From: Clostridiales bacterium
GTDB taxonomy: Bacteria; Bacillota; Clostridia; Oscillospirales; CAG-382
Assembly (NCBI GenBank): GCA_003343885.1
Contig: QAKH01000048.1
Location: 72,779 to 136,778, forward strand
DNA: 64,000 nucleotides
Direction of reading: 5' to 3'
Shown: piece by piece, positions 37,241 through 47,400 of the stretch
Numbering within the stretch: the stretch's first letter is position 1
How the letters are laid out: every line of letters starts with the position of its first letter
Notes under the pieces: model-generated
What the model saw: only the letters and a program-made list of their open reading frames with translations
The model's database searches: none
What the model was told of the DNA's origin: nothing
Position numbers and translations under genes: made by a program

Positions 37241-40200
37241 TTACTCAGCTATTTGCGTTGTTTCTTCTTCAGCCATCAGCAGCTCTTCATCCGCTGCGTC
37301 AAACTGCACATAGCTCATTGCCGGTACACTTAGTGTTCCAACCTGAACATCATGAGTATTGTAGTTGAGAAGGAATCCTACTCCGTTTTCATAGACTACT
37401 TTTACTATTCGAGTATCAAGTGTTTCATGATCGACAATGTATGAATACTTAACCTGTTTCATAGCCTGATTAAATGAATTATATGTATTTATCAAGTCTT
37501 CTTTCCAGATGTCGTAACCTATGGCGTAATATTTGCTGAATTGCTCAAACTGTTTAAGCTCAGAAGTGTTTTCTTTAGAGAGAATGAAGTAGAGGTTTGC
37601 GCCGTTTTCTATCGCCTTTAATACGCTGTAATCGTAATCGCCGTCAAGGTTTATTGCGCTTCCGCTGAATTCCACATTTCCATGGAGAACCATTCCCAAG
37701 AACGGGATTGATTCGCTCGTATTGATGTTAAGGCTGCTATCAAGCGGTACATTCAAAATATGGTCAACATATGGCAATGTATAAGCGTTGCCTCCTGAAA
37801 CCATAAGGCTTTCGTTATCGCTTTCCATTTCAGACAATGTATTTGAAACAATTGTCTTTACATCTTCTCTGTTAAGAGCATAATCTTCGTTATGGTCAGA
37901 ACTGAGTTCTGAACCGAGAGTACCTACGCTTAATCCCTGTGCGCCAAGCTCTAAAAGATCGTCTTTTATATCTTCATAGAACTTTCTCATGGACGTGGGA
38001 GAAATAATCAATGATCCTTCCTCTTCAAATCCCTGGTACAAAGGACTATATCTTCTGTATGCTGCACTTCGGTCATCAATTGTTTTTACCGAATCGTCCT
38101 TATAGTCAAATCCGTCAAACCAGTCGAGAGTATCAACATAGACAAAATCCAAATCCGGATAGAGACTTACACTGTTCTCTTCGGCATACTCAGCCAGTTC
38201 CTTAAATCCGTCTTTGCCGCCGATGGATTTTTCGACCTTAAGCTTTGCGGGAGCTGTATGCTCCATTCCGCCGTTATACCAGCCTGTAAGGCGTACATTA
38301 ATATTCTCTACTCCGCTCTGCGCTAATTCCTCCAACATTTCTCTTGTCTGCTCAAATGTTGTGAGAGGAGTCTGCATTTCAACAGGGAAACCTATAAACT
38401 TTTCAGTAGTTTTTATTGTTCCGAAAGTTTCAAGATAAAGCGAAACATCCTCAGTCTTGTCATTTTCCGCAGTCATTTTTTCAAATGTTCCGGTTTCAAT
38501 AAGGTAATCCCTGATTTCAGCCGCCATATCATTATAATCGGCGCCATCTCCGGTTATCGGGAATATACGCAAAGTATAGTTTCCTGTATATCTTCTGTCA
38601 CTCTGTACCGTCCACACTGCTGAACCGGTGGTTGATATTCCTTCGAGGACATAAGAGTCGGTAGGCTTGGGATAGAAGGTTGTATAAACAGAGCTATACT
38701 TATGAACCGTTCCGCCATGGTCAGCTGTAATTTCCGCCATTGCGTCGCCTTCAACGAGGTATGCAACGTATCCGGCTGTTACGGTTTCAACCTCTTCTTG
38801 GTCATTTTCGTCTATTGGCGCAGACTGTTCATCAGGTATTGTTTCATCAACAGTTTCATCAACAGATTCGTCTACAGCTTCATCGGTCTGTTCAGAATCC
38901 GCAATATCAGCAGCCTCGTCATCAGAAGTCACATCATCAGTTACTGTCTCATCAGTTTCAGATGTTTCCGATATTTCTTCGGTTTCATCAGTTTCAGAGG
39001 TTTCAGCCGTTTCAAGCGCTGTGGCAGCGTCGTCTGTTTCAGTTTCAGTTTCTGTTTCCGCCTGGGCAGTATCAGTTGACTGCTCAGTATCAGTTTCAGA
39101 AACCTCACCAGTGGTATCCTCAGTTTCTTCTATGGGAGTATTATCCACAACCGGTTCAGTTTCCTCATCCTCATCAGCTACGACCGGCTTGGTTTCCATT
39201 ACGCCGAACGCCGGGAGGCGCATTGTTTCCTGAGTGCTTCCGGTAATGGAGTGGAAAGAGTAATCACGTCCGTAAAGCTTACCGGTAAGGGTGAAAGAAC
39301 GGGAAGCAATGTCCTCAAAACGAGTTATTGTACCGGAACCGTCAGGAATGAAAGTAAATCCGGTATTTTCATTGCTGCCGGCACAAAAATACGGCAGGAA
39401 TTTTACACTCTCAAGAGTATAGTTAGAAGAATCATAACGAATACTGCTTGCAGGAAGTCTTATTTCAAGTCCCAGGTCATCAAGATTGTATTCTATGGCA
39501 AAACGGAAGAGCGCAGGAGCTGCCGATGTGTCAACATAATTCAGCATTTCATACATTTCTTCTACCTTAGAATAGTCATCGTAGTACGTATTCTTGATAT
39601 ATCCTTCAAGTTCAAGCAGCTCACGGTTACCTACACCGGAGTCAAGGACATAAATGGCATACTTTTCAGTTATCGGCCATTTGGTTTTCGTAGAGTCGAT
39701 TGTCGCTGCCGACTGTCCGGGCTGGTTTATATCCTTAAGGGTATAATATGCAAGAAGTTTATCATACTCTCTTGAGCCTTCCTCCAAGTAACCGAGGATA
39801 TTTTGCTCAAACGCATTTTTTTCAATTTGCCAAGGTACAATATACTTTACTGCCTCACGGCCAATTGTATACTCGACGCGCAGACCTGTTCGGGTTGTAG
39901 ACATTGTAATCTGCTTAGATTCCTCAGAAGCAAATGCTGCATCTGAAAAGCTATTCAGGCTTACGATCGTACCGGTTGAGTCACTGTACGAAAGAATTAT
40001 CTGGGAAAGCAACTGCGCCTTCACGGCGTCTGAAGATTTGGAGGTTGCAACGTCATAAGGGTTAGTCAGCATTATCTGACCTGTTGCCTTTACAAGTATT
40101 CCAACTTCTCCGGTTTCTTCCAAGCCATATATCGCATATTCATCATTTTCAAAATACAGAAGCATTGTTTCAAGCTTTGCCTGGGCGCTGTCAAAAGGCT

Positions 40201-40366
40201 CGCCTAAATAATCAAAGGTTTCTTCCTCTTCTGTCGCTTCTTCGCCTTCTTCTGTTTCCGTGTCAGTTGTTTCTTCGGCAAAGACTCCTATCGTTGCCAA
40301 CGGGCTGAAAAGCGACATTATCATGATGAGCGAAAGAATATATATTACAAGATTTTTCAACTTCAT
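37241..40366 (-). CDS. large secreted or N-terminally anchored protein (from memory this architecture is labelled DUF5696; unverified) with internal acidic insert
   Basis: Start moved to ATG 40366 (AAGGAG upstream). Signal/anchor MKLKNLVIYILSLIMIMSLFSPLATIGVFA. The C-terminal half has TIM-barrel-like blocks (NINVRLTGWYNGG, LYPDLDF). Acidic insert at 38782-39180. Confidence 0.55.
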   Translation of the reverse strand: MKLKNLVIYILSLIMIMSLFSPLATIGVFAEETTDTETEEGEEATEEEETFDYLGEPFDSAQAKLETMLLYFENDEYAIYGLEETGEVGILVKATGQIMLTNPYDVATSKSSDAVKAQLLSQIILSYSDSTGTIVSLNSFSDAAFASEESKQITMSTTRTGLRVEYTIGREAVKYIVPWQIEKNAFEQNILGYLEEGSREYDKLLAYYTLKDINQPGQSAATIDSTKTKWPITEKYAIYVLDSGVGNRELLELEGYIKNTYYDDYSKVEEMYEMLNYVDTSAAPALFRFAIEYNLDDLGLEIRLPASSIRYDSSNYTLESVKFLPYFCAGSNENTGFTFIPDGSGTITRFEDIASRSFTLTGKLYGRDYSFHSITGSTQETMRLPAFGVMETKPVVADEDEETEPVVDNTPIEETEDTTGEVSETDTEQSTDTAQAETETETETDDAATALETAETSETDETEEISETSETDETVTDDVTSDDEAADIADSEQTDEAVDESVDETVDETIPDEQSAPIDENDQEEVETVTAGYVAYLVEGDAMAEITADHGGTVHKYSSVYTTFYPKPTDSYVLEGISTTGSAVWTVQSDRRYTGNYTLRIFPITGDGADYNDMAAEIRDYLIETGTFEKMTAENDKTEDVSLYLETFGTIKTTEKFIGFPVEMQTPLTTFEQTREMLEELAQSGVENINVRLTGWYNGGMEHTAPAKLKVEKSIGGKDGFKELAEYAEENSVSLYPDLDFVYVDTLDWFDGFDYKDDSVKTIDDRSAAYRRYSPLYQGFEEEGSLIISPTSMRKFYEDIKDDLLELGAQGLSVGTLGSELSSDHNEDYALNREDVKTIVSNTLSEMESDNESLMVSGGNAYTLPYVDHILNVPLDSSLNINTSESIPFLGMVLHGNVEFSGSAINLDGDYDYSVLKAIENGANLYFILSKENTSELKQFEQFSKYYAIGYDIWKEDLINTYNSFNQAMKQVKYSYIVDHETLDTRIVKVVYENGVGFLLNYNTHDVQVGTLSVPAMSYVQFDAADEELLMAEEETTQIAE

Positions 40367-40382
40367 TTTTCTGCTCCTTTCG

Positions 40383-42605
40383 CTATACACGGTACGACAG
40401 TTCTGTAATAATGGCGGAAATGAATGACACAATCTTTCCGACAAGACTTGAGAACAACACGCCTATAAACATTATAAACGCCATACCTACTATTGTGAAA
40501 ATTGTTATTGTTACATTTTTAAAGAGTGTGTAATCGTGAATTACCATTGTACCGAAGAACAACAGGTATCCCACCCAAAAATATGCAACACCCATTCCGA
40601 GAGTCAGAAGTGAAGCTTCATTAAGCGATACAATATTTGACAACAACGTTGTCAGAATTAAAAACGCAGGGAGCGGGAACAAAGCGTAACATGTTGTTAT
40701 ATAAATATCTTTCATGCTGCCTTCTCCGTCGAAGAGCGTTGTCAGACACCAGTTTGCGACAACCCAAAGGATTATCGGGAGAAGTATGGAAGCTATTGAA
40801 AGGAAAATATTCATTTCGGTCGGATGCGGATCAATAAGGTATGCCTTTCCTACCAAAGAATATATATAGGAAATAATTGTTACAACCAATATAATGGTTG
40901 CGCCCTTTACAGATGCTCTCTTTTCATGTTTAATATCCCAAAAACCGTCGAACGGATGGAACATTGCGTGGAATCCGTAAAGAAGCTCTTCCTTTACTGT
41001 TCGTTTTGGCTTTTGAACCTGTCCAAGGACATTTATCTTATGTGCATACTTGAATATCTTGCTGAGAATTATAAAGAACACTACTACAACTACCGGAACA
41101 ACAAGGGCATATTTTTCAACCCAAGCTTTTCTTACCTGTTGGAAAGCCTCCGAGTAGTTTTCCGTATCATACGCATACTTGTATGACTCCATAGCTTCTT
41201 CATATTTGCCCTGTCTGTACAAGCTCTGACCGATTCCTATGTAAGACATATCAAAATTGGAGTTTCTCTGAAGAATATTTTCCCATCTCGATGCCGCTTC
41301 ATCATACAATCTGTCTCTCTGGAGCCTGAGAACTTCTATAAGCTCATCACCGTATGAGGTTCTCTTGAAAACAGTTATATTATCGTTTTCCTTATCAAGA
41401 ACCAACATATTAGAATCGGCGTAGTCAATCGCCTGCACCATTGTAAGGTTACCAAGCTGGCTTCCCTTATCGCCGAATGCGAACAAAAGGTTTCCGTCCT
41501 CATCATAGGTGAATATCTTCTGACGTTTCTGGTCAATTATTGACCATGTTCCTTCCGGTCCGAGGGCTATATCAACTATCGTTGACGGACCGGTTATTGT
41601 ATAGTTTGGAGTAGCGGTTGTAGTTACGTTAATTTCTCCGGAAGGCGGATAGAAGCCTGCACGTTTCATAACGTCCTGACCGCTTGGGTTAAGCTTCTTA
41701 GCCGGAGAAAACTTACTGTCGGTATTTTTCGAAGTAATTGCACTCATCAAATCATTTTCGTCAATTGCCGCAGTTGTTGCATAGACAAAGCCCTTTTCGT
41801 CAATATTTATATTATTAAACTCAAGAGAAACTATAGATGTAGATTTCTGCTGCTGTTCCTTGGTCTGGAAACGACGCCAAATCATATCCATAAGCGACAT
41901 TGACTGAGTCTGGGTTCCCAAGAATCCGGTAAACTCTCCGTCATGGTTCATCGAGATAATACCCTGATATGTGGTTGAAGAAACTACATATATATAACCT
42001 GATGTGCCGACTGCAACTGCAACCGGTTTATAAATGTGGTTATCCGGAAAAACTTCGCTTTTAGGTTCCTCAATAATTCTTATGAAGTCGCCTTTTTTAT
42101 ACTCATCGGTATCGACAGTAGAAAAGACAAGTATTCTTGCTGCGTCGGTGTCGCATACATAAAGCTCACTGTCAGTTGCGAACAGTCCGCGGGGAGTTGT
42201 GATGCTATCCGGAACGCCCCAGTTATTCACAAATGTCGTAAGTTCATATTCGAGTGAATATTTGCATGTCTCAAAATCATAGCGAACTGCCAAAACACGC
42301 GGTGTTTCGCCTGAATCAGAAATGTACAGCATTCCGTCCCATTCGCTGTAATATTCATCCTCTTCCACAGACTTTTTCAAAACTGAACCGACGCAAAAAT
42401 CATATGGCTCACTTATCGGCTCTTCGAGTCCGAGGGTTGATGAGGAAATGGTTTCATACGGTACATATGCATGCGGAGACTCAACGTAGTTTCCGTCTAT
42501 GTCGTAAGTATAAGTTGAATACGGTATTATTGCTCCTGCCGGTATAGTTCCTGCTATCATCAATATGCAGACTGCAAGGAGAAACACGCTTCTTAACTTT
42601 TTCAT
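40383..42605 (-). CDS. signal peptide + beta-propeller (NHL-like) + TPR-like segment + C-terminal Yip1-type 5-TM domain
   Basis: 740 aa. The N-terminal ~480 aa carry repeated ...G.IYV.D / ...D..GN.... blades. YRQGKYEEAMESYKYA forms a TPR-like hairpin. The HPFDGFWDIK entry motif is followed by five TM helices. Confidence 0.55.
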   Translation of the reverse strand: MKKLRSVFLLAVCILMIAGTIPAGAIIPYSTYTYDIDGNYVESPHAYVPYETISSSTLGLEEPISEPYDFCVGSVLKKSVEEDEYYSEWDGMLYISDSGETPRVLAVRYDFETCKYSLEYELTTFVNNWGVPDSITTPRGLFATDSELYVCDTDAARILVFSTVDTDEYKKGDFIRIIEEPKSEVFPDNHIYKPVAVAVGTSGYIYVVSSTTYQGIISMNHDGEFTGFLGTQTQSMSLMDMIWRRFQTKEQQQKSTSIVSLEFNNINIDEKGFVYATTAAIDENDLMSAITSKNTDSKFSPAKKLNPSGQDVMKRAGFYPPSGEINVTTTATPNYTITGPSTIVDIALGPEGTWSIIDQKRQKIFTYDEDGNLLFAFGDKGSQLGNLTMVQAIDYADSNMLVLDKENDNITVFKRTSYGDELIEVLRLQRDRLYDEAASRWENILQRNSNFDMSYIGIGQSLYRQGKYEEAMESYKYAYDTENYSEAFQQVRKAWVEKYALVVPVVVVVFFIILSKIFKYAHKINVLGQVQKPKRTVKEELLYGFHAMFHPFDGFWDIKHEKRASVKGATIILVVTIISYIYSLVGKAYLIDPHPTEMNIFLSIASILLPIILWVVANWCLTTLFDGEGSMKDIYITTCYALFPLPAFLILTTLLSNIVSLNEASLLTLGMGVAYFWVGYLLFFGTMVIHDYTLFKNVTITIFTIVGMAFIMFIGVLFSSLVGKIVSFISAIITELSYRV

Positions 42606-42618
42606 ATCTATCTCCTCC

Positions 42619-43482
42619 TTAGTCTTTCATACCTGAACTTGCCATTGTTTCAATAATGTTGCTCTGCGTTACAACGAATACTGTTACAGGAACAAGCATC
42701 ATGATTACGGTTGCCGCCGCAGAAGCTCCGGAACGTACTATACCGCCGGCAAGTATCTGCTGAATTGCATAGTTAAATGTTTTGAGTTCCTCACTGTATA
42801 TGTACACTGAAGTTCCCGTATTCCACAAGCCTTGGAAAGAATACACGATAAGTGTCAGCCACGCCGGCTTAACCATCGGCATTACAATTCTCCAATAGAT
42901 TGTAAATTCCTTCGCGCCGTCAAGACGGGCTGATTCAAGTACTGAGTCCGGTACGGTTGATTCCATAAACTGTCTCATGAGGTAGAAGCCGAGCGTTGAA
43001 CCGAACGCCGGGACAATCAATGACCAGTATGTATCAATCCATCCAAGTGCGGACATTATTATGAAGTTTGAAAGAGAAGTTACAGTTGCATGGAACATCA
43101 ACGAGTAATAAACCAACTGGAACATGCCTTTTCTTCCGGGGAAGTTGATTTTTGTCATTGCGTATGCCGCAAGTGACGCAAACAGCAAGTGTCCGAATGT
43201 TCCGCCTACCGCAACAAGGGCGGTATTGAAAATATATCTTGAGAACGGAACCCAGCTCTCACTCATCAATCTGAAGAGTTCCTGGAAGTTCTTCAAGCTC
43301 GGATTCTTTACCAAAAAGCGAGGCGGGAACATCCACAATTCGTCAAGCGGTTTTAACGACTGGGATATTGCGTACACCATAGGTAAGAACATGAACAATC
43401 CGAATATAATAAGCAACAGATTTATTCCGACATCGCCGCCGACGGAACGGTTAAATGAACGTCTTTTTATCTTAAATTTCAT
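42619..43482 (-). CDS. ABC transporter permease (CUT1 MalG/LplC-like)
   Basis: 287 aa, 6 TM. EAA loop ESARLDGAKEFTIYWRIVMP. Confidence 0.85.
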   Translation of the reverse strand: MKFKIKRRSFNRSVGGDVGINLLLIIFGLFMFLPMVYAISQSLKPLDELWMFPPRFLVKNPSLKNFQELFRLMSESWVPFSRYIFNTALVAVGGTFGHLLFASLAAYAMTKINFPGRKGMFQLVYYSLMFHATVTSLSNFIIMSALGWIDTYWSLIVPAFGSTLGFYLMRQFMESTVPDSVLESARLDGAKEFTIYWRIVMPMVKPAWLTLIVYSFQGLWNTGTSVYIYSEELKTFNYAIQQILAGGIVRSGASAAATVIMMLVPVTVFVVTQSNIIETMASSGMKD

Positions 43483-43483
43483 A

Positions 43484-44434
43484 TCATTTACCTACCTTCG
43501 ACAACATTTTATTTACGAGAAGGTTTGCTCCGATCATTATTGCAAACAGGATTGTCGCAATTGCCGACGCATAACCGACTTCCCATCTTTGGTTACCATA
43601 GTCTTCAAGATGATGCATAATTGTATGTGCTGCGTAATCAACGCTTGGGAATCCGCAAAGAGCGGTAACGATAGCTCCGAAACCAAACGAACCGGTTATT
43701 GACATGATTGCCGCAAACATCATCTGGTTCTTCATTACCGGCAGTGTTACATACCACAATTCCTGCCATCTGTTCTTAACGCCGTCAACGGCAGCTGCTT
43801 CATAAAGCGACTTATCAACAACCTGGAAACCTGCGATAAACGACAGGAACGAAGTTCCGAGAGATGTCCACAGTGCTACCAATATTACGAGCGTCATTAT
43901 ATAGTCCGTATCCTGAAACCACAAAATCGGGCTGTTGATGATACCAAGCTTCATAAGTGTTCCGTTTACCCAGCCGTACTGGTCACTGGAAAACAGTGTC
44001 TGCCAAATCAAATATACCTGACCGGAAATACTCGGTGCGTAAAAGATAAGTGTTACAACCGCACGGATTTTCGGCGTCAGCTCGTTTATAAACCAAGCAA
44101 ACATAAGGCACAGCAGGTACGATACAGGACCTGTCATTGTTGCGAATATCAAAGTATTGCTGCATGCAAGAAGAAATATATCGTCGTCAAGCAGCAGTCT
44201 TATATAGTTATCCAAGCCGACAAAAACAGGCATTTCAAGCATATTAAACTGCGTCAAACTCAACAGCAGAGACACAACGACCGGAACGACCGTGAATGTG
44301 AGAAACACAAGATAATACGGAGCCACCATAAGGTATCCTACTTTGTGCAATTTCATTTCACGGAGAGTCCACTGCCATTTTGTCATATCTTTTCTCAGCT
44401 TCGGCGCCTTTTGAGCGCTGACCTTTTCTGACAT
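43484..44434 (-). CDS. ABC transporter permease (CUT1 MalF/LplB-like)
   Basis: EAA loop YEAAAVDGVKNRWQELWYVTLP. I chose ATG 44434 (GAGGAG 8 nt upstream) over the track's GTG at 44443. Confidence 0.85.
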   Translation of the reverse strand: MSEKVSAQKAPKLRKDMTKWQWTLREMKLHKVGYLMVAPYYLVFLTFTVVPVVVSLLLSLTQFNMLEMPVFVGLDNYIRLLLDDDIFLLACSNTLIFATMTGPVSYLLCLMFAWFINELTPKIRAVVTLIFYAPSISGQVYLIWQTLFSSDQYGWVNGTLMKLGIINSPILWFQDTDYIMTLVILVALWTSLGTSFLSFIAGFQVVDKSLYEAAAVDGVKNRWQELWYVTLPVMKNQMMFAAIMSITGSFGFGAIVTALCGFPSVDYAAHTIMHHLEDYGNQRWEVGYASAIATILFAIMIGANLLVNKMLSKVGK

Positions 44435-44470
44435 TGATTCCACTCCTCGATTTTCCTTTATTTATATGTG

Positions 44471-47400
44471 TTAATTATTTGTCTCGTTTTCAGCAAGCTT
44501 TTCTTTATAAGCTTCCGCAGTTAAGAATCCGTACTCTTCACGTTTTCTCGTAAGCTCGTTGTCAATGTCATCGATATATCCGAGCATTGCTTCCGACTCT
44601 ACTTCGCCGTCGTCAACAACTGCGTAGAATGCAAAGTTTGTGTATCTTGCCACTATATAGTTACCGGGAGACATCGGAGTGCCTTTCAATGACTTAAACT
44701 GCTGATCAAGATTTTTCTTTTCCTGAGCAGTCCACGATTGCCCCTTCAAAGCCTCTACGTTTGCGGTGTTATATTTTGCTGCGGTTCCCATTATTGCTAC
44801 CTGTTCTTTTCCGAAACGCTCCTGAACAGGAGTGCTTACCCACCACTGGAGATATTTCCATGAGTTCTGTGCTCTTACAGAATCGGTTACATCCTGGTCA
44901 GCTGATATATCGTCAACCGCGTCCTTCATCATCATAACAGCGCCGACAGTTATAGGCGTTGTATGGTCGATTGTTCCGTCTGCCTGTTCAACACCGGGCA
45001 GCTGAACAAATTCCCAAAGTCCGCTGATTTCCGGTGCAAATACTTTCAACTGGTTATACATTGTATAGTTTTGTATCGCAATCGGCAGCTCACCGGTTCT
45101 GAATCTGTTAGCAAAATCGTAAGTTACAGGCTGACTGTAAAGAGTAAACCATTCCGTCATACGCTGGAATGCATCGAGCGCTCCATTACTGCCAAGGTTG
45201 GTTTCAATACCTACGGTACGCAGATATTCTCTGTCGTTCTGGTCAATCTCATCTGTTCCGTAATCTTCGTAATCGTAGCTTGACTTAAACCATTCTTCGC
45301 CGGTCTGATACATTCTGATCTGAGTAAGCGCCTGTGAGAAGCCCATCTCAAGTTTATTTTCAGACAGTGCTCTGATTACGTCTTCAACGTCGTCCCAGGT
45401 CTGGGGAACTTCAAGTCCGAGTTCAATGAAGATATCTTTTCTGTAAAACAGCATCGGGAAATCCATTGTAGAAGGAAGTCCGTATGTAACAACGCCGTTT
45501 CTTTCAACGCCCTTAACGACCTTAAATTCTGCATCGCCGTCTTCGCTTATCGGAAGCTCTTCTCCGACAAACTCACGTCTGTCCGGGTCAAGAACGGTCA
45601 ATGGAACGAAAGCTTCTTCATTGAACAGGTTAACTACTTCGCTGTAACCCATTACGTTTTCGCCCATATAATCGTTTTCGTTTTCAAAATAATTCAGCGG
45701 AATTACAGCATTTCTTATACCGTAACCTACCGGGTCAGCGTCCATGGAAACATCCGGTCCGTTTCCGGCAAGAGTTGCAGGAAGAAGAGTACCGGCAGCA
45801 ATAAGTTTCAGGTTAACCGAAACGCCGTACTCTGCCGTAAAGCTGTCATCAACCATCTGACGCATGATCTGTGCCTGGTCACGTCCGTTTGTTATCCACA
45901 CTTCTATTGAGTTAGGATCGTTTTCGTCGTAAGCAGTACTTGCACCCATGGAGTTATAGTCGACAAAGAAAGACATAATGAACGAGCCGAGCTCATGACC
46001 GATTGCTTCAAACAAACCGGCTTCCGCTTTCGGAAGAGAGTCGTTTTCCGCAGACTGGAAGAGTATGTAGTCAAGCTGGAGAGGCTGAGCCGATGTGGAC
46101 AAGAGCCAAGTACCAAGGCTTCCTATATAACTCTTATAGTTTTCAAGGTTAACGGCTATCTTGCTCTGATCATTTCCCATGATATCAAGAAGATACGCAA
46201 CTCTGTCCAAAATAACGGTATTTTCACCTTTTTCACCGATTGTCTCTTCCAAGAGTGCCGACATATCATACAAAAGTTCAGACTCTTCTCTCATTCCTCT
46301 GAGAACCTCGGGAATAAGTTTCGCGAACTCATAGTCTGTATATTCGTCAGGTTCGGAACCGGTAATCATAAGTATCTTTCTATAATACTCATTGAGGCGG
46401 TCCGTGCTGGCATCTATTGTCTGAAGTATAGATGCCATATATCCGAGCACTACTTCAAGTTCAATTGTATGCGTACCGGCTTCAAGATAAAACTCAAACT
46501 CAGTCGTTCCGTCATTAAGCGGAAGAGTCTGCCAGTCGCTATTATAATTAAATTGAAGTAATTTTGCTTCGCTGAACGGATATTCACCGTCAATCTTCAA
46601 TGAACGTGAGGAAAACAGACCTGCGTTTACCGTTTGCTTGAAACGCGGAATTATTTTATACATTCCGGTTTCGGGGATCTCCACTTCCCACTGTATCCAT
46701 TGTCCGGTAATCTTCCACTTATCGCCGCCGTTACCGCCTATGGTATTAAGAAGTGTAGCTTTTGTGCTCTGCGGTTCGGTAATAGCGGAGGTTCTGTCGT
46801 TCATTGCATATATTACCTGCTCGGATGTCTTAAGCGGAGTCTCAGCATTTATTTTAACTGATACATTTTCGCTCAATTTCGGAGCATCCTTATGTGCGGC
46901 AAGATACTCCTCATATGTAGGAAGAACTTCAGCAGTATGAAGCTTTATAGAAGCGATTTTTAACGGTTCACTCGCCGATTCAAAAGCGATTGTGTGCTCG
47001 CCTTCGTCCAAGTAAAACTTAAAAGGCTCCGAATAAAACGCCTGTGAATCGATAAGAGTTTGTGTTCTCCACTCCGGGGCCTCCTCTTTCACGGGACGCA
47101 TTTCGTTTTCATTTATATCTTTCTTGAACGTTCTCTCGGTTCTTGAATATCCGTTTTCTTCAACATCTACCCAAACACGGGTAAAGTTCATATATCTGGC
47201 TTCATTGAACGGTATTTCATCATCGATGAGAAATATTCTTTCTATCGTCGATCCGTTTCCTTCAATTGGATAATACTCAACTGTCACAGAATACATTGCC
47301 GTTTCAGGAACGTCGATTTTATAAACCAGCTTTCCTTCGTCCGTTGTCGTAACCGTTCCGCAAGTGATTTCTTTTCCTTCGCGAACAACCGTATCCTTTT

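Noticed and set aside
38782-39180. Short nucleotide repeats (GTTTCATCAACA, TTCAGTTTCAG...), considered as a possible CRISPR-like or minisatellite array.
   Set aside because: The units are irregular 6-12-nt degenerate repeats inside an open reading frame encoding an acidic low-complexity tract. There is no repeat-spacer periodicity.
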